Shown here: positions 38,950 to 50,650 of the stretch, in pieces
How positions within the stretch are numbered: the stretch's first letter is position 1
How the letters are laid out: each line of letters begins with the position of its first letter
Assembly (NCBI GenBank): GCA_965287045.1
Contig: OZ336878.1
Location: 101,370,001 to 101,434,000, forward strand
From: Carcharhinus amblyrhynchos
Lineage: Eukaryota
Direction: 5' to 3'
DNA length: 64,000 nucleotides
Position numbers and translations under genes: made by a program
The notes under the pieces: generated by a model
Database searches by the model: none
Told to the model about the DNA's origin: nothing
What the model saw: the letters and a program-made list of their open reading frames with translations, nothing else

Positions 38950-41900
38950 TGTACTCCTCTGATGCTGTTCAAAGAAAGCACAGCTTGCCAGCATAGCAAT
39001 CAAGGGGAAAATATTTGAATATTACTTTCTTCTTCAGGTCATATATACAAACTGCTATATAGTCAATCAGTACACAGAACATTATTTTAAAATCCTGATA
39101 TTGCCTACTTAGGTTTAGCATTAAATCTTTGCCCATAAGCATGTCTGTAATTTTCTAGATCCAAACCATCTGTTCGTCAAAGAAGTCACTAACCTTGGTG
39201 GCATATGGTCCTGATATTAATTTGTGAGATAGCATTTCTCTAGTATGTGAGTTTTATCGTAATGCAGGGGTTTTAGATATTTTCCTCTTTCACCAAATCT
39301 ATTAATTTCCTTTTTCAATCGTCCACTTTTGGATCTAGGCCTAGCCCAAGGTAGAAAACTTCAATTTCCGCCAAACCCATTTTCTCACAACATGTTTTTA
39401 GAAATAATGAAGGCTGTATAATTGTATTCAAAGCAGTGATAGCATATGATAGCATTACAATTACATAGATGTTAAATGATCCCAAACTTTCCCTTCACCT
39501 ATATACATGTTGTATTTAATTCTTATTCATTTTATTTCTCAATCTCCTTAATTTGTTCCAACACAAAATTTCATTTCATTTTACTTCAGTTGGCTTTAAA
39601 TTCAATTTCTCTATGGAGTTTGTGTCAGTGCCTTGTTAATTAAAAAAAAAACATTTTCTTCAGCCTATATTAGCCATTGCAACGGCAGCCTGTTTGTCAA
39701 TTAGTTGTGCAACTCCCTTTCTTCATTGCAGCTGCAACGTGTATTCTTGTATTCTGGTTAAATTACAAGTTTCAAACCACCTCGGCTTTCTCACACCTGC
39801 GTTCAGATTCCTTCTTTAAAATCCTCTCCTGGAGTCTTACATTCGCAAGCCATCTTCACACATTTCCCGATCCGTTGAATATGGTCTCTCGTGTGTGTTC
39901 GTTTTTTTTAACTTGGCAGTGTTTTGTTGCCATGTTTATTGGTATCTCTCTGCCCTCGACCACAAATCCTTGTTTTGAGTTCGTGGACGTTTTATCAGTC
40001 TATAGTGAGTGTGTTGTGCGTTTCCTGTTATCATGCTGGATTCCACTGTTGTTACAATGGTGCATATATGCTTCCAGAATATTGGCTGAAAGTTAAATTA
40101 TCAAATTCGGTTCTCTTAATTCTGAACAAAGACACAAATATCTCCAAGTGAAATCTGTCATCTCATTCATCCAATCTATGCCTTCCTTTTACGAGAATGT
40201 TTATCAATACCCAGATTTATACATACGTTTGAACTACACTACCAGCAGTTCTACAACATTTTCAGTACAACAAAACATAAAACATTTTCATTATGTCTTT
40301 GAAACAAATTCGAGGCATTAACAAATATTTCTTGTTTGTTCTCTCCCATCCGCATCGAGTGATTAAATTCTCGGATGCTTAAAATAGCAACTGGTGCCCA
40401 GCCATTTACCAACTGCAATTTCAAAAACAGGCTTGGTGGTTTTGACATCATGGAAACCCTACAATGCAGAAGGAGGCCACTCCGCACTGACAACAATCCC
40501 ACCCAGGCCTTATCTCCGTAACCCTACATATTTACCCCGTTAATTCCTCTAAACTACGGATCCCGAAAAACTATGGGACAATTTAGAATGGCCAATCAAC
40601 GTAAACGCACATCTTTCGGACAGTGGGAGGAAATGGAGCACCCGGAGGAAACCCATACAGACACGTGGATAACGTGCAATCTCCACATAGACAACGATCC
40701 AGACGGGGAGTCGAGCCCGGGTCCATGGAGTTGCGAGCTAGCACTGCTGGCTACTGTGCCACGGTGCCGCCCACCTTTCTGAAAGATAGAATATTCTATT
40801 CTGTGCTTTAATTCTAACAACTGCTGGCCTCACTCGGGGTCGGAAACAATCAACACCAGTTTAAAATAAAATACCAAAAAATCCATCTGACCACAAGCCC
40901 AGTGAGTTAATAAGTCCAGTCGTATATCACATTGGGATTCAGCTCTGGCAGGAGATTTTGATGAAGATCAGCTGTCTGCAGGACCTGAAGTGGCGGCGGG
41001 TGGGCGGAGAAAAACTGACATGAAATTGTGACACATCATATTGATTTAAGAAACTTATCTTCTTCTAATTTCTTCAGTTTTGTGCAAATTTCATCTCTGA
41101 TGTCTATGTTTTTCTCTTTTAAACCAATTGCAGTTTCCCATCTGCTCCTGAATCAATGTTATAAATGTGTTGTCAATCGAATGTCAATATTTCCAAGTGA
41201 AATGTTTTGGAAATTTCATATTGGGTTCTTGCCAAACTTTTGACTTTTCCATATCATTTAACAACAAACTGGCCTTGGAAATTTTTAATTATAAACTCAA
41301 ACACAATTCCTTTGAATCCTAGTGCAGTTCATATTTACGTTAAACAGGATCTCACAGATGCTCAAATTAAGTGAATGCCAGTTCTCTTTCCAAACCAATT
41401 ATTTGATCTGTAATGCTTACGAACAGTACCTGCTTCAACTGGGCAAAGTAACTTTGAATGAGAGTTGTGGGACACCGTACTGCAGATGTCATGATGAACC
41501 TCACACGACAGCATTTCCTTCTCATACAGGAGAGGGCGGGGAGTGTTGTTAACTTCCCTTGGATTTGCAGATAGTAACTACATCTGCTTGCTGAGAACTG
41601 AATTGTCTCTCAGGCTGTTTGATTTTAGCTAAACATGGGGAATAGGCTGCTTCAAGGGAGGCATCACTTGGTGGCGAAAATAACAGCCTCTCAGTTCCCA
41701 AAGCATCCTCTAATTCTTCATTCATTCTAGCAGTTTCTGACAGTAAATCAGTATCTTTTTTCAGAGCTTTGGTCGAACAGTAATTTTCTCTTACTGCTAA
41801 GTTCCCTTTATTATTTTGTTGGTTCACTCAGTCACAAGGCACACAGATGTGCACTGAAGCCTCACTTACTCCGGGCTTTCTACAACTCACTGTTTCCTTT

Positions 41901-42100
41901 CTGAACCTCTTTAGAAAGGATACGGTCAAAATCTCCGTCACATTCTTCCACAACTCCCAGAGAGTCATCTGTTCCTGTCTCCAATGTAAAACTTACAATC
42001 AGTCCCATTCTAGCACACACCAAATTCACTGTTATCTTTGATTTTACCACCTTCAGTCTGAGGTGCTGCCCAGCCATGAACCTTGTGAAAGAGCCTTCGG
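38950..42100 (-). mobile_element. Highly decayed LTR-retroelement/ERV-like internal sequence (gag/pol remnants)
   Basis: Insertion relative to units A and B, with short coiled-coil-like and pol-like broken frames on the minus strand. No clean motif. Confidence 0.3.
40447..40772 (-). mobile_element. HE1-type SINE
   Basis: gagcacccggaggaaacccatacagacac..ctactgtgccacggtgccgccc. Confidence 0.85.
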
Positions 42101-43146
42101 CTCCCCACTAGAAGTTCAAGGTACTCCCTTCCTCTTTTACTCACAGCATACTTTCACTGCTGACAATGGAGGTTTCTGCTCTGCAAGTCTCGCCCGCCCC
42201 GAGGGTAAATGGTAAAATTTCAGCCCACAATAGTTCAAAGTCAAACTGTGCCGTGTCGAAGGGGAAAGTATTTTACGATCTCGCCGGAGTTTCCTGTCTC
42301 TGCACAGTTTGATTTTAAAACATGGTGGTTCTGATCAACTTGTCTACTTGCCGTATAGTTTGAGAGGTTTGTCTTCCCTCTGAAGCTTTGGCTATTATCT
42401 TTCCTAAATGTATCCCACCTTCATGGCTTTGCACCCTGAAATTCACATGGTAGTGGTCTGGCCTACCGGCGCAGCTTTGGCATCGCTCAGCCATAACCAC
42501 AGCTCTGCCACATACTATTACACTCCCGGTCCTGAGTTCTCATTTAACATTCATTTGTTACTTTGCTGGACCACTGGGCAGGCTTGCTGCACTAAGAGGA
42601 TGGTGAAAAAAAATATTCAACTCTGTTTAAGAGCTATTCCGATTAAACAATACGAATATCCTGCTGACTCCGGCAAATTGTCATAATGGATTCTCCCAAC
42701 TGACCACAAGGGGCAAAGGAACATGTTACATTAGTTTATTTATGTTTCAAGCAAGAAGAGAAACAGAGAAACGTCTGGAGGTACACCATCCTCTGACACA
42801 GCTCTAACACAGCTCCCTGATGTAACAATCACAAGAACAACATTGAAAAACAACTCTCAGCTCCAATACAAAGATACAGGCTGCTAAACAATTAGTACAG
42901 TTTTTTTATAAATTCAGATCTTTTTCTTGCTAAACCTGCACCCAAAAGCTTGTCTGTAATCTATCATCAAGCTGTAGGTTCTTCTAAAAGGTAGACAATC
43001 TTGCAGCCCAGTTCTGCTTCCATTAGGAACTCATTTGAAATGCATGGGATTTTACTCTAATTAACTCAATCTATTAATTTTCCCTTTCAAGAGTTATCAT
43101 GATCAAGATGTAGAAAGTGTCCCTGAAATGCGGTTTGTGGCCGGGT

Positions 43147-44451
43147 TTATCGTATCTTACTGATGTTCTTGTATTGACATATGAGAAGACGCTTGAAGGT
43201 TTTCCTGAAAGTCGGATGACACAGCGCGTAGCACATTGGGTTGACGGTGCTATTGATATAACAGAGCCAGTATCCAATAGTCCAGACTGTGTAGGAGATA
43301 CAGCTTGAACAAATGGTGTAAATGAGCACCATGACAAAGTATGGGGTAAAGGTGACAATAAATGCAATGAGTAAACTCAGGATGGTTCTAGTCACTTTCT
43401 TCTCTCGGGACGCAGTTCCCTTCCTCTTGTCAGCTTGTGTTGTGGTCATTGTAATCATCTTATTGACCGTTCTGATTTCTCTCTCATTCCCATTGTTGCT
43501 GCTTACACCTGGCACTATCCTGCTTTTGCTATCACAGTCGCCATTTCTTTCGTATTGGCTAACTATATTTATGGAAGACAGTTTGGGGTTGACCATCCCA
43601 AGAGGGTTTGATGGGGCTACACTGGGGACTGGTGATTTATTGAGAAACCATTTCTCCTCGTGGCTGCGACTATCAGCTAGTATTTCTCCAGTTATTTTGA
43701 CATTTTGCAGTCTTACCTCTGATAACCCGTGAGGAGCATCTGACACTGTGTCATCATTTTTCTCCTTTTTACTCACTTTCATTCGATTTTTGCTGGCACG
43801 GGCTATTTGCACGGACAGGATAATTATGATGAACGCAGGGGTATAGAAGCTAGCTACGGAAGTGCCGACGATGACACCTGGATTTGAGAGGAACTGTACA
43901 TAACACTCACCCTCACTGACTGTCCGCCCCCCTACAATGAATTGCCAGAAAAGAATGATAGGAGCCCAGATGCTAAACGGCAGCACCCAAGCAACAGTGA
44001 TCATTACTCCTGCAACTCTCACTGTTCTCTTCATGGGGTAGCTCAGAGGCTTTGTCACACAGAAGTAACGGTCAAAGCTGATGACAAGGAGGTTCATCCC
44101 AGAGGCAGTACTGACAACATAATCCAGAGCAAGCCATAAATCACAGATCACTGGGCCCAAAGGCCAGTAGCCAATAACAATGTAAATGGTGTATAGATTC
44201 ATAGAAAACACACCGATAATCAAATCAGCGCAGGCCAAGCTGAAAAGAAAGTAATTATTAATAATTTGTAAACGTCTGTTTACTTTGATAGAAACGATGA
44301 CCAGAATATTTCCTATAATTGTCACCAGACTTAAAGATCCTGTCAGAGTCACAATGAAGAGCATTTTGACCGTTGTGTAAGGTCTCAATCTTTCAATCAA
44401 GCTTGTTGAGTTGTTGAGGGATTCATTTGGCATTGATGAGTCTTCCATCAT
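43147..44451 (-). CDS. CHRM2: Muscarinic acetylcholine receptor M2-like GPCR, paralog C (434 aa, shortened ICL3)
   Basis: Intact ORF with [14 protein letters not shown] and [19 protein letters not shown]. Strong acceptor ctttcttcttttctgcAG at 44471, 19 nt before the ATG. Confidence 0.93.
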   Translation of the reverse strand: MMEDSSMPNESLNNSTSLIERLRPYTTVKMLFIVTLTGSLSLVTIIGNILVIVSIKVNRRLQIINNYFLFSLACADLIIGVFSMNLYTIYIVIGYWPLGPVICDLWLALDYVVSTASGMNLLVISFDRYFCVTKPLSYPMKRTVRVAGVMITVAWVLPFSIWAPIILFWQFIVGGRTVSEGECYVQFLSNPGVIVGTSVASFYTPAFIIIILSVQIARASKNRMKVSKKEKNDDTVSDAPHGLSEVRLQNVKITGEILADSRSHEEKWFLNKSPVPSVAPSNPLGMVNPKLSSINIVSQYERNGDCDSKSRIVPGVSSNNGNEREIRTVNKMITMTTTQADKRKGTASREKKVTRTILSLLIAFIVTFTPYFVMVLIYTICSSCISYTVWTIGYWLCYINSTVNPMCYALCHPTFRKTFKRLLICQYKNISKIR

Positions 44452-44724
44452 TTTCCCTCACGTGGCACAACTGCAGAAAAGAAGAAAGATTAAGAAAGAG
44501 ATTTCTGATGTATTAACGTTAAAAAGCGACTAAGGTGACTAAATGAAGTTCCATCAAAAATATAAAACGCTATTGGGTTCTGAGAAAGTTCAATATCTTT
44601 GTCAGATATCTTTACTTCCTACCTGCCTGGATGGGTGCATCTCCAGCAATACACAAAAGCTTGACACCTCCAGGACGAAACAGCCGTCTTGATTTCCCTT
44701 ATCTCAATCAAATTCAGTTTCTGT

Positions 44725-45020
44725 TTTAAAGTTTATTTATTAGTTTCACGAGTAAACTTACATCAACATTGTGGTGAAGTTACTGTGAAAATCCCCTAGA
44801 CGCCACACTCCCGTGCCTGTTTGGGTACCCTGAGGGAGAATTTAGCATGGTCAGTGCACCTAACTAGCACATCTTCCAGACTGTGGCTGGGGACTGGAAC
44901 ACCCACACAGAGTAGGGGAGAATGTGCAGACTCCGCATAGACAGTGACCCAAGATGGAAATTGAACCCAGGTCCCTGGCGCTGTGAGGAAGCTGTACTAA
45001 CTACTGAGATACGGTGCGGC
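44725..45020 (-). mobile_element. HE1-related SINE
   Basis: Reverse tRNA-like head (gaacccaggtccctggcgctgtgagg) with a V-domain-like body. Confidence 0.75.
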
Positions 45021-45884
45021 TTGCATCTTTTTATGAGTGCAAATACGTGGATAATTTTCTGATGCTTATAATTTAAGGCAAAAGTGGGAACACATCACAA
45101 GCTTAAAAATGACAACAATCTTCACTGAAGCCAGTGACCTAAAATAATCCATGCCCCATAATTCAGAATATTCAAATAGCTAGTGCATGTCCATTAACTG
45201 TTTAACTTTTAAAGAAAACTGGATAACAATAATCATAACTTTTCATATTTATTGATGGTCTGCCAAATCCAAGGCATTGGAGAGGAATGATGCAGGATTG
45301 ATACATTGTGTAAGGAATGATAGATAATGGCGAGAGGCTTATGCAAGGTGAAGGCAGAATGAGACAAAAAACCAAGCAAAAACAATTGGAAGAAATGGGG
45401 GAAGAGAAAGGAGATAATAACATAGAACTGCGAAGCAGACTGAGAAGGAGGGAGGCTAATTGCTAAAAATCTAACAAATACTTATCAAATGGTTCAATGT
45501 ATTGTTGAACCAGCATTTCAAGTGTGCACATTGGATTAAGATGCTTCTGGAAATGGATCGACTGTCATTGCTTTCATATGCTTAAATGCTTTTGGCGTGA
45601 AGTACACAGAAAAATGATTTGGACAATATGATAAGGAAAACAATTGAGAGAAAATCTCCTTTAGGTTTGTAGAAACAATCCCTCAAAGAGTTGAGAATAT
45701 CAAGAATGCATTTATTTTCTACTGATCTTCACATAGCTATAATAAATACAAATGTGCATTATATAAATCATATAGAGCAACAGCCTTTCAAGAATCCTCA
45801 ACCAGGTCCTTTGTTAGAGGAAATATTAGGCTTTCCACCTTCACAATTGAAGGGTGAGTAACAGAAATTGATTAGGCCCCTTTG

Positions 45885-46040
45885 AGTGCACTTTTGAATG
45901 GACTTACCTTGCATTAAGTTGATCTTTCTCTACAACCTCGCTATGATTGTAACACTACAGTCTGCACCCTTTGTTTCCTTCTCTATGCACGGTATGCTTT
46001 GTCTGTATAGCGCAAAAGAAACCATACTTTTCACTGACAT
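45885..46040 (+). mobile_element. Rex1/Babar 3' UTR fragment
   Basis: Matches 16985-17130. Confidence 0.65.
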
Positions 46041-46275
46041 CTCCCAGTCCAGTTGGGTGGCCCAAAGAAACTCTAAAAAACATCTGGCACTTGTCGTACT
46101 GCCACAAGAAGCTCAGGCACTATTGGGTTGCAGCCCATTTCCCTTCCTCAAAGCTACATTCTAGAAATTGATGTGATCATTGGGACCATGGAGTCAGGGA
46201 AGCAGTGTTATTGTTAGATGAGTAGCAGCATTCCACTGTGGGAATACAGCATTTCACACCTAACCATCTTACAAT

Positions 46276-46546
46276 CTAACACCGAGCCTGCACCAACAAT
46301 AATCCCACCCAGGTCTTATCTCCACATATTACCCTCCTACTTCCCCTCACACCAAGGGGTAATTTATCATGGTCAATCAACCTAACCCGCATATCTTTGG
46401 ACTGTGGGAGGAAACCGGAGCACCCGGAGGAAACCCACACAGACGCGGGAAGAATGTACAAACTCCACACAACGGAGGCCGGATTGAACCCAGGCCCCTG
46501 GCATTGTGAGGCAGCAGTGCTAACCAATGTGCCACAGTGCCACGCC
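46276..46546 (-). mobile_element. HE1-type SINE
   Basis: ggactgtgggaggaaaccggagcacccggaggaaacccacac..gaggcagcagtgctaacc. Confidence 0.85.
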
Positions 46547-47099
46547 ATCTTTTACTTTATCTGTTCAATCATCCACTCTCAGCCGAAATGAAGCAATATG
46601 GTAGACAGAGCGGACCATTAAATTAAAAGGCTGTGGAGCCTGGAATCCTGGCGTTAACATTGAAGGATGTTGTGTAATGAGTTGCCTCACCCGCTACGCT
46701 CTGAAGTCCTCTAGTTAAACAGTCTTGGAAGCTGAACGAATGAAAGTTTTCAAGACTGAGATCGCTGTTTTTTTTGCGCTAGGTAAGAGTGTTAGGGACT
46801 ATAGGATAAGCAGGAAAATGAAGTAGAGGCACAAATCAAGTCTGGTCTAATCTAATGGTGCAATATGTTTGAGGAGTTGTCTGGCCGTCCTCTGCTGGTC
46901 AGATCAGATCAGTCTAGAAAAAAAGAGTGGTGGAGTTGCAATGAGAAGGAACTAAACATGTCAGTGCTGGAAATAATTAAAGGAATGTTTTGAAAAGCTG
47001 TGTGCTAAGAATATTGTATTGGTTACCTTAAATACAATTAATTCAGATCTGAAATTGGGAGTCTGGAATATTGCAAGAGATGTGCCATTAAATTGTGGA

Positions 47100-47646
47100 G
47101 GTTACTGACGAGTGACAGTGGATTCTTTCAGTGAACTATTCGTCATTCACAACTGATGGAGCATGGAAACAGGCCCTTCGGTCCAACATGCCCATGCCGC
47201 CCTTTTTTTAAAACCTCTAAGCTAGTCCCAATTGCCCGCATTTGGCCCATATCCCTCTGTATCCATCTTACCCATGTAACTGCCTAAAAACTTTTTAAAA
47301 GACTAAATTGTACCCACCTGTAACACTATCTCTGGCAGCTTGTTCCAGACACTCACCACCCTCTGTGTGAAAAAAAATGCCCCTTGGACATTTTTGTATC
47401 TCTTGTTCTTTCTTTCCACGATGCCTGATCTGCAGCGCATTTCCAGCATTTGTTATTTATTTATTACAGGGGCTTTTTTTCTTTTTAAGTTCTGCTAGGA
47501 ATTAACTCACGCACATCTCACTGAAAGTTTGCCTAATTCAATGTTTCAGATTAAGTTTTTGGCAACTTAGCAAAATGGGAATGTGACTATCAGTTGTGAA
47601 TGATGAATAGCTCACTGAAAGAATCCACTGCCACTCATCAGTAACC
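47100..47646. repeat. 58-bp inverted repeat pair (47100-47157 / 47589-47646)
   Basis: ggttactgacgagtgacagtggattctttcagtgaactattcgtcattcacaactgat and its reverse complement, with 4 mismatches. Confidence 0.85.
47158..47403 (-). mobile_element. CR1 3' fragment
   Basis: Reverse complement of the family at 59270-59515. Confidence 0.85.
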
Positions 47647-48097
47647 ATCGCAACTATTGAACTGCTGACATCATTTCAACAAGCAATTTTCCACAATATG
47701 TCTAATGATCTCATGGGCACTGCACTGTAGCAGTTTGTTGTCCAGGCACCCCGCACAAAGATTTGAACACATGTGATCAGCAGTAATAGCTTGGCCAGAG
47801 GTATTGCCCATTCAGTATATGTGACCCTCAAGGGCTGTTGGACGAGTTATTTTATCCATTTTAGTCTATTTATTAAAATAAAACTGTTTGGCTCCTACGC
47901 TGCAGATATCGCCCATCTTAAGCATTCTACCCTAAAGTGGCTTGCATTTTAAACTCACTGGTCTGGATTTTGCTGTAGTAAAAAACCTTCAGACAATGCA
48001 CATCTTGCTCAGTGAGATAAAGCAGGTGTGAAGGCCCACAACATGAATTATGTTGGAATCGTTGGCTGACAATCAAGCAAATGACAACATCAGTAGT

Positions 48098-48493
48098 CAT
48101 GATGTGGAGATGCCGGCGTTGGGCTGGGGTAAACACAGTAAGAAGACTCACAACACCAGGTTAAAGTCCAACAAGTTTATTTGGTAGCAAACACCACCAG
48201 CTTTCAGAGTGCTTGCTGCTCCTTCGCCAGGTGAGTGGGAGTTCTATTCACAAACAGGGGATATAACCTGCGCTTAATGCTCTCTCCACTCACATTGTCT
48301 GTGCCTTTAAGACTTGATCACCTATAAAGGCTCGCATTCCAATCATTAATTTGTAAATTGAGTTTGTGCCTTTATATGCCCTGTTTATGAACACAGTAGA
48401 ACTCCAACTCACCTGGCGAAGGAGCAGCCAGCATTATGAAAGCTAATGGCTTTTGCTACCAAATATACCTGGGGTTGTGAGATTTCTTACAAC
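48098..48493. mobile_element. Penelope-derived element with inverted terminal repeats and opposed hammerhead-like motifs
   Basis: About 48145-48270 is inverted at about 48370-48493. Same family as 10540-10700 and 35260-35392. Confidence 0.75.
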
Positions 48494-48811
48494 GTCAGTT
48501 GTGAGCAGGGTTTTGCCATCACAAAGCTATGTTCTTGCAGACGAACATCCACAATGATGTCGAGAGGCAAACTCATGGGTGGCGTCTGTGGTAAATTTTG
48601 CCTTTGCAGAATTGACATGTTCATCATTAGAAAAAGTGTGGCAAGCGATCTGATCTGACCTTTCATTCCCATCATCCCCTCAATGATGGAAACATGCCAA
48701 CCCGAAATCAATATTGAAATGTACCCGTGATCGTGTTATCTGCTGGTGGCAGTGACTGCCATTCAATGAAAGCAACCATTAAATGGGATTTCTTATTTTG
48801 GATGAAATTTT

Positions 48812-49116
48812 GGGTAGCAAGCTGCTACGGTGGTTAGAACTGCAGCTTTGCAGCGCCAGGGACGTGGATTCGATTCCCGGCTTGGGTCACTGTCTGTGCG
48901 GAATTTGCACATTCTCTGTCTGCGTGGGTTTCCTCCGAGTGCACCGGTTTCCTCCCACAGTCCAAAAATATACAAGTTAGGATAGGTTGGCCGTGCTAAA
49001 TTGTCAGGGGAAGTAGCAGGATCAGTACGTGGGGTTACAGGGATGTTGCCTGGGTGGAACATGTGTCGGTGTAGGCTTGATGAGCCTCCTTCTGTACTGT
49101 AAGGATTTTATGATTC
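48812..49116 (+). mobile_element. HE1-type SINE
   Basis: A/B-box head (ggtggttagaac..ggattcgattcccgg), V-domain and tgattcta tail. Absent from units A and B. Confidence 0.85.
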
Positions 49117-50037
49117 TACAACACACAAGAAAAACAGTTTGTAAAGGCCAAATAAAAGTTGCTGCAGATTCGACCATTTTCTTTCTTATTCTGGTGAAAG
49201 GAGTTGAATATTGCAGCAAATGTCAAAGATCATAAGAAATATTTACAGCAAAGGACAGAGCAACCAGGTAGAAACTTGTCCATGGAGCTGACACAAATAT
49301 TCGCCCACTGGTTACAAGCAGCAGAAAAATTCACAATGTTTTCAAAACAATGATTGAGCATTGGGAATCAATCGAATACATTAGCACACTTTACGCAGAC
49401 AACTCGCACCTTTTCAAACATCAAGCCGTCTAGCAAATGAAAAATAAAAACAAAATACTGTGGCTGCTGGAATCTGAAACACAAACAGAAAATACTGGAA
49501 AATCTCAGCAGGTCTGGCTGCATCTGTAGAGTGAGAAAACAGAGTTAACATTTTGCGTCCTTATGACTCGAGCTCTGAAGTGAACTCCAGTTTACCTCTC
49601 GGCAGGTACTGCCTTAAATGCTGAGTTTTTGTTGAGTGTGTTCCGTTTTGCATGTGGAAAGTGAACTGAAGTCAGAGACACCTGAATGTGAGTTGGACAG
49701 CGGCAGGTGGATTCAGAGCCATCAACGCACAATAGTTCAAAATACGTTCATCAGATTTCGGATTTCTAATCTGTGGCGGAGATTTGGACATTCATTTAAT
49801 ATTAAGAAGACCTTGGGTGCGTGAATGGTGGAGAGTGAGCATGCACCATTCTTTAAGTTCAGAATGAAGTGAGTATTGTGCAATGATGAAGAGAAATCTA
49901 ATTAAAACCATTTCAAGAGCAGAATGCAAGAGGTTAACCAAAACAATGGAAGAGCCGAATTAGCGATTTAAAAAGCTGACATGATTAATCCAGCACACCC
50001 TGGATAACAGATTTAATAGCTGGGTATAGAGACTTAC

Positions 50038-50119
50038 CAGGAATGCCAATGGCTGCAAGGAGAGAATAGTAAATCTTTTCTAAGTCAAGGATGAAGAAGT
50101 CTATCATCCACTGGCCCAT
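50038..50119 (-). pseudogene. GPR139: Orphan GPR139-like exon 1, unit C (MGQWMIDFFILDLEKIYYSLLAAIGIP); exon 2 deleted
   Basis: 82-nt exon with ATG and CCTG|GTAAGT donor. Intron homology stops at about 48495 and resumes in post-exon-2 sequence at about 47410-47580. Confidence 0.75.
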
Positions 50120-50344
50120 TCCTCTGGATCCACTGATGCTGATTATTTTTGGAGGTGAACCTCCCGCTGACACTAACATTAAAGCACAGTAAAAAGAGCC
50201 TTTATGAATAGAATGTGGTAACCTCCAGAGACTCAAAGCGCTTCTCCAGAGACTGATTATCAGTCGCAGCCATGGAACAGGTTCAATTAACTTCTCCCAA
50301 TCTGACATTTAGCAAGAAGCATCCCATTGAATACACGTAAAACG

Positions 50345-50650
50345 NNNNNNNNNNNNNNNNNNNNNNNNNNNNNNNNNNNNNNNNNNNNNNNNNNNNNNNN
50401 NNNNNNNNNNNNNNNNNNNNNNNNNNNNNNNNNNNNNNNNNNNNNNNNNNNNNNNNNNNNNNNNNNNNNNNNNNNNNNNNNNNNNNNNNNNNNNNNNNNN
50501 NNNNNNNNNNNNNNNNNNNNNNNNNNNNNNNNNNNNNNNNNNNNNNNNNNNNNNNNNNNNNNNNNNNNNNNNNNNNNNNNNNNNNNNNNNNNNNNNNNNN
50601 NNNNNNNNNNNNNNNNNNNNNNNNNNNNNNNNNNNNNNNNNNNNNNNNNN
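50345..50650. other. Assembly gap (306 N)
   Basis: Run of N. Confidence 1.
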
